DNA from: Bacteroidia bacterium
Lineage (GTDB): Bacteria; Bacteroidota; Bacteroidia; AKYH767-A; 2013-40CM-41-45
Direction: 5' to 3'
Assembly (NCBI GenBank): GCA_035438225.1
Contig: DAORHY010000001.1
Location: forward strand, 1-40,357
Length of the DNA stretch: 40,357 bases
Numbering within the stretch: position 1 is the stretch's first letter; each line of letters opens with the position of its first letter. Made by a program: the position numbers and the translations under genes. Positions 36,887 through 40,357 of this stretch are shown one piece after another. Under the pieces are notes generated by a model that had not been told where the DNA came from, made no database searches, and saw only the letters and a list, made by a program, of their open reading frames with translations.

Positions 36887-38319
36887 TTCACAGCCTGTTT
36901 AAGTGAGTTCAGTAATTTGTGGCTTTTCTCAAAAGAAGCATTCAACATTTCAATCAGTTCAGCACTGTTGTACTCTTTTTCTTCCTCGGGCTTGGTTGGG
37001 TTCTTTATGTCCAAATCATAGCCACGTTCAATAATGGTTTTAATATTTACTTTCCAAGCAATTTCACTTTCCTTGCGTTTGTTCCACCATTTTTTAGTCG
37101 GGTCAAATTCTTTTAATTGAATTGGTCTTGTTTTGTTGTATGCTTTATAGCCTTCGGGTATTCGGTGTTCGTAATACCAAATGTCTTTGGTGGGTTTTCC
37201 TTTATCAAAAAACAATAAGTTGGTAGCCACTGTTGCATAAGGCTGAAAAACTGAATTGGGCAAACGAATAATGGTGTGCAGGTTACAATCTTCCAACAAT
37301 TTTTGGCGTATGCGTTGTTTTACGCCATCGCCTGTAAGGCTGCCATCGGGCAAAACAATTCCTGCTCGTCCGTCTTGCTTGAGCAAATGAATCATTAAGA
37401 TTAAAAACAAATCCGCACTTTCTTTTGTACGGTAAGTTTGTGGAAAATTGGTTTCGTTGTTGTTGGCTACAATGCCACCAAATGGCGGGTTTGCCAATAT
37501 CACATTTACTCGGTGCTTTTCGGTGTAGTTGCTCAAAGGTTGGTCTAAAGCATCTCCAAATTTTATGTTCGGAATTTCGATATCGTGTAAAATCAGATTG
37601 GTGGTTGCCAATAAGTACGGCAAAGGTTTGTATTCCCAACCTGCAATGTTTTCTTCAATGCTTTTTCTGTCTTTTACGTTTTTGGCTTGTTTCTTCAAAT
37701 GCTCAATAGCACAAGTCAAATAACCACCCGTTCCGCAAGCAGGGTCAAGCACCTTTTCGCCCAATTGCGGATTAATCATTTCTGTAATGAATTGCGTAAT
37801 GGCTCTTGGTGTATAAAACTCACCACTTTTGCCAGCACTTTGCAATTCCTTTAAAATGGTTTCGTATAATTCGCCAAAAGCGTGGCGGTCTTTGGCAATG
37901 TTAAAATCAATTTCATTCAGCTTGTTCAACACCTTACGAATGTTGATACCGCTTTTCATATAGTTGTTGTTGCCCTCAAATACTTCACGGACAATAACAG
38001 CCCTTTGGTTGCCTGTGCTTAAATCTAAATTGCGAAGAGCAGGGAATAATTCACGGTCAACAAAATTCAGCAATTCATCACCCGTCATTCCTTCATCATC
38101 ACCTGCCCAATTGCCTTTTTCTTTTACCCAATGAAATTTGTCGGGAATGGGAGATTTGTATTTGTCGTCCAGTAATTCTAATTCTTTGTCTTTATCCGAA
38201 AATATTTTTAGAAAAAGCATCCAGCCCAATTGTTCAATGCGTTGTGCATCGCCATTAAGGCCTGTGTCTTGCCACATTATATTTTGGATACTTTTTACTA
38301 TGCCTCCTATATTGCTCAT
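36883..38319 (-). CDS. hsdM: Type I restriction-modification N6-adenine DNA methyltransferase subunit
   Basis: The 478-aa product has the N-terminal HsdM_N block (LWQDTGLNGDAQRIEQLGWMLFLKIF). The AdoMet motif is VLDPACGTGGYL and the catalytic motif is ILANPPFGG. Confidence 0.93.
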   Translation of the reverse strand: MSNIGGIVKSIQNIMWQDTGLNGDAQRIEQLGWMLFLKIFSDKDKELELLDDKYKSPIPDKFHWVKEKGNWAGDDEGMTGDELLNFVDRELFPALRNLDLSTGNQRAVIVREVFEGNNNYMKSGINIRKVLNKLNEIDFNIAKDRHAFGELYETILKELQSAGKSGEFYTPRAITQFITEMINPQLGEKVLDPACGTGGYLTCAIEHLKKQAKNVKDRKSIEENIAGWEYKPLPYLLATTNLILHDIEIPNIKFGDALDQPLSNYTEKHRVNVILANPPFGGIVANNNETNFPQTYRTKESADLFLILMIHLLKQDGRAGIVLPDGSLTGDGVKQRIRQKLLEDCNLHTIIRLPNSVFQPYATVATNLLFFDKGKPTKDIWYYEHRIPEGYKAYNKTRPIQLKEFDPTKKWWNKRKESEIAWKVNIKTIIERGYDLDIKNPTKPEEEKEYNSAELIEMLNASFEKSHKLLNSLKQAVK

Positions 38320-38325
38320 TCTTTC

Positions 38326-40357
38326 TTACGCTGTTTTGTATAATTCAATTTCTAATTCTTTTACGGCTTGCAAATATTTTTCTTTGCTGCCAAACTCGTT
38401 GATGATTTCAAGCGGGGAACCAAATTCATCAAACGGATTTACTCTCAATACTTCAATGCTTTCAATATTGGTAATACCTTCATCTGCATATTTGTCTAAC
38501 AAGGCTTCCAATACTTTTTTGGCTTGGTCGCCATACTTGGTAAAGTAGTTTCGCTTCTTTACGTTGTTGGCTCTTTCTTTTCGGGTTAATGGTGGTTGGT
38601 CAAATGCAACGTGACAAATCAAGTCGAACAAATCCACTTCTTTGTTCACTGCATCATACAAAGCTTCCACCATTACGCCTTGCTCTTGTAATTCAGCAAT
38701 GATGGCTTCCTTGCGTTCGGTGGTGTTCCACTTGTTCAAAAAGTCGTCAAGCGATGTAAATTTTTCTTTGATGATTTCTTTGGTGTGGTCTTTTAAACTG
38801 GTGGTGATGGGTTTTCCGTGCTGGTCGAAATACATTTCACGACTTACCAAAACCGAAACGTCCACACCATTTACATAAACCTTTTCTCGTTTTGCTTCGG
38901 GGTCTCTGGCTACCCAATTGCCACCCAATTTTGAACCATCAGGATAGCGAATAGTTGCCTTTTCAAATTTGATTTCTTCTCCTGTTGCTTCGTCTAAAAC
39001 GGTTACCGTGTTTTCTTCTTCCTCAATAACTACCAATGATAAATCTTCATCTTGCGAAACTGGTTTTACACGAATTGGGTCACCGTCAAAATCTTTGTCG
39101 GCAAACAAATCTGTTGCGTTTCTGAAATCAAGAATGGTGAAATACATTTTGCCGTATTCCTCATTGATTCTTGTTCCTCGTCCAATGATTTGTTTGAATT
39201 TGGTCATTGAATTGATGTTGGCATCCAACACAATTACTTTACATGTTTGTGCATCTACACCAGTTGTCATCAATTCAGAAGTAGTGGCAATGACTGGATA
39301 TTTTTCTTCGGGATTAATGAAGTTGTCTAACTCTCGTTTACCTTCGTCATTGTCGCCAGTTATTTGCATAACATATTTGTAATTCTCTGCCACCAAATCA
39401 GCATTTTGTTTGGCTAATGCAGTTCGCATACGTTCAGCGTGGTCAATGTCCACACAAAACACAATTGTTTTGGCGAAGCGGTCGTAACCTTTTAAAAACT
39501 CTGTAAGTTTTTTGGCAACTAATTCTGTCCGTTCTTCAATCACCAAATTGCGGTCAAAGTCCTTACGGTTGTAAATTCTATCTTCAACAATGTTTCCGTC
39601 TTTATCGGTTTTGCCTTGGTCTGGTCGCCAACCTTCGGCATCCACATTCAATCCAATTCTAACCACACGATAAGGAGCAAGGAAACCATCGTCAATACCT
39701 TGTTTCAAAGAATAGGTATAAACAGGGTCACCAAAATATTCGGTGTTGCTTGTTTCTTTGGTTTCCTTTGGTGTAGCAGTTAAACCAATATGCGTAGCAT
39801 TTTTGAAGTAAGATAAAATTTCTCTCCAACTGCTATCTTCTTTTGCACTTCCTCTGTGGCACTCGTCAATAACAATCAAGTCGAAGAAGTCAGGCGAAAA
39901 CTGTTTGTAAACATTTGCATCTTCGTCTGAACCGGATAAACCTTGATACAAAGCCAAATAGATTTCATAGCTTTTATCAATTTGACGGTGTTTTACCACC
40001 GTCATTTTATCTTTAAAATGTTTGAAGTCGCCTCTACGAGTTTGGTCAATCAAAGCGTTACGGTCGGCTAAAAACAGAATACGTTTTTTTGCTCCGCTTT
40101 TCCAAAGTCGGTGAATGATTTGAAAAGCCGTATAGGTTTTTCCAGTTCCTGTTGCCATCACAAGCAGAATTCTATTCTGTCCGTTGGCAATGGCTTCAAC
40201 GGTTCTGTTTACGGCAATTTGTTGGTAGTATCTCGGTTTACGGTTAGTTCCGTCAAAATAGTAGTCTTGCGAAACGATTCTTTCCGCTTCGGGAGTTTCA
40301 ATGCCTTTATACTTTTTGTATTTCTGCCACAGTTGTTCAGGAGTGGGGAAGTCTTCT
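38326..40357 (-). CDS. hsdR: Type I restriction enzyme R subunit (helicase/nuclease), 5' end outside the window
   Basis: The SF2 motifs are RILLVMATGTGKT (I), VIDECHRGS (II), LTATP (III) and QIIGRGTR (VI). The frame stays open from 40161 to 40357 (..YYQQIAVNRTVEAIANGQNRILLV..), so the listed start at 40161 is not the real start. Confidence 0.93.
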   Translation of the reverse strand, partial: EDFPTPEQLWQKYKKYKGIETPEAERIVSQDYYFDGTNRKPRYYQQIAVNRTVEAIANGQNRILLVMATGTGKTYTAFQIIHRLWKSGAKKRILFLADRNALIDQTRRGDFKHFKDKMTVVKHRQIDKSYEIYLALYQGLSGSDEDANVYKQFSPDFFDLIVIDECHRGSAKEDSSWREILSYFKNATHIGLTATPKETKETSNTEYFGDPVYTYSLKQGIDDGFLAPYRVVRIGLNVDAEGWRPDQGKTDKDGNIVEDRIYNRKDFDRNLVIEERTELVAKKLTEFLKGYDRFAKTIVFCVDIDHAERMRTALAKQNADLVAENYKYVMQITGDNDEGKRELDNFINPEEKYPVIATTSELMTTGVDAQTCKVIVLDANINSMTKFKQIIGRGTRINEEYGKMYFTILDFRNATDLFADKDFDGDPIRVKPVSQDEDLSLVVIEEEENTVTVLDEATGEEIKFEKATIRYPDGSKLGGNWVARDPEAKREKVYVNGVDVSVLVSREMYFDQHGKPITTSLKDHTKEIIKEKFTSLDDFLNKWNTTERKEAIIAELQEQGVMVEALYDAVNKEVDLFDLICHVAFDQPPLTRKERANNVKKRNYFTKYGDQAKKVLEALLDKYADEGITNIESIEVLRVNPFDEFGSPLEIINEFGSKEKYLQAVKELEIELYKTA

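Noticed and set aside
40156-40161. Listed GTG/ATG start of hsdR at 40161 (MMATGTGKT)
   Set aside because: This is helicase motif I, not an N-terminus. The frame remains open to the window edge and encodes the expected upstream HsdR region (YYQQIAVNRTVEAIANGQNRILLV), so the gene is truncated by the window.

Overview
The window looks like a Bacteroidota chromosome segment. This is an inference from three T9SS-type C-terminal sorting domains or cargo, recurring TAnnTTTG promoter boxes and a 47-nt type II-C CRISPR repeat.

- **1-12.9 kb, ordinary envelope and secreted-protein genes:** a membrane protein fragment, a DUF2807 lipoprotein, an S41-like peptidase, pepD, a T9SS adhesin-like protein, a lipoprotein, a BNR/Asp-box propeller with a T9SS CTD, and a PQQ-like propeller.
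- **12.99-19.34 kb, a complete type II-C CRISPR-Cas locus:** a divergent minus-strand tracrRNA, cas9 (1290 aa), cas1, cas2, and 12 identical 47-nt repeats with 11 spacers. The tracrRNA anti-repeat, promoter and terminator show the array is read from the minus strand, antiparallel to the cas genes.
- **19.6-33.6 kb, 13 unrelated, mostly small, monocistronic-looking genes, all on the minus strand:** cupin, rifampin ADP-ribosyltransferase arr, Rnk/GreA-like, tandem SnoaL, membrane proteins, two SRPBCC proteins, a WG-repeat protein, two beta-lactamase-family serine hydrolases, a DUF2130 RmuC-like nuclease and a DUF1826-like protein.
- **34.2-40.36 kb, a type I R-M operon on the minus strand:** hsdR (runs off the window), hsdM, hsdS, and a tightly coupled fourth gene for a coiled-coil protein with a C-terminal 2-TM module.

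Most interesting observations:
1. Every CRISPR repeat contains a Bacteroidetes -7 promoter box identical to those in front of real genes in the window.
2. A degenerate orphan repeat lies 4.5 kb beyond the array.
3. The cas9 leader is antisense to the tracrRNA.
4. The uncharacterised fourth gene of the R-M operon is a candidate membrane effector.
5. There are duplicated promoter/leader and mini-ORF modules in the accessory block.

I have no database access, so all family names come from motif recognition and recall.
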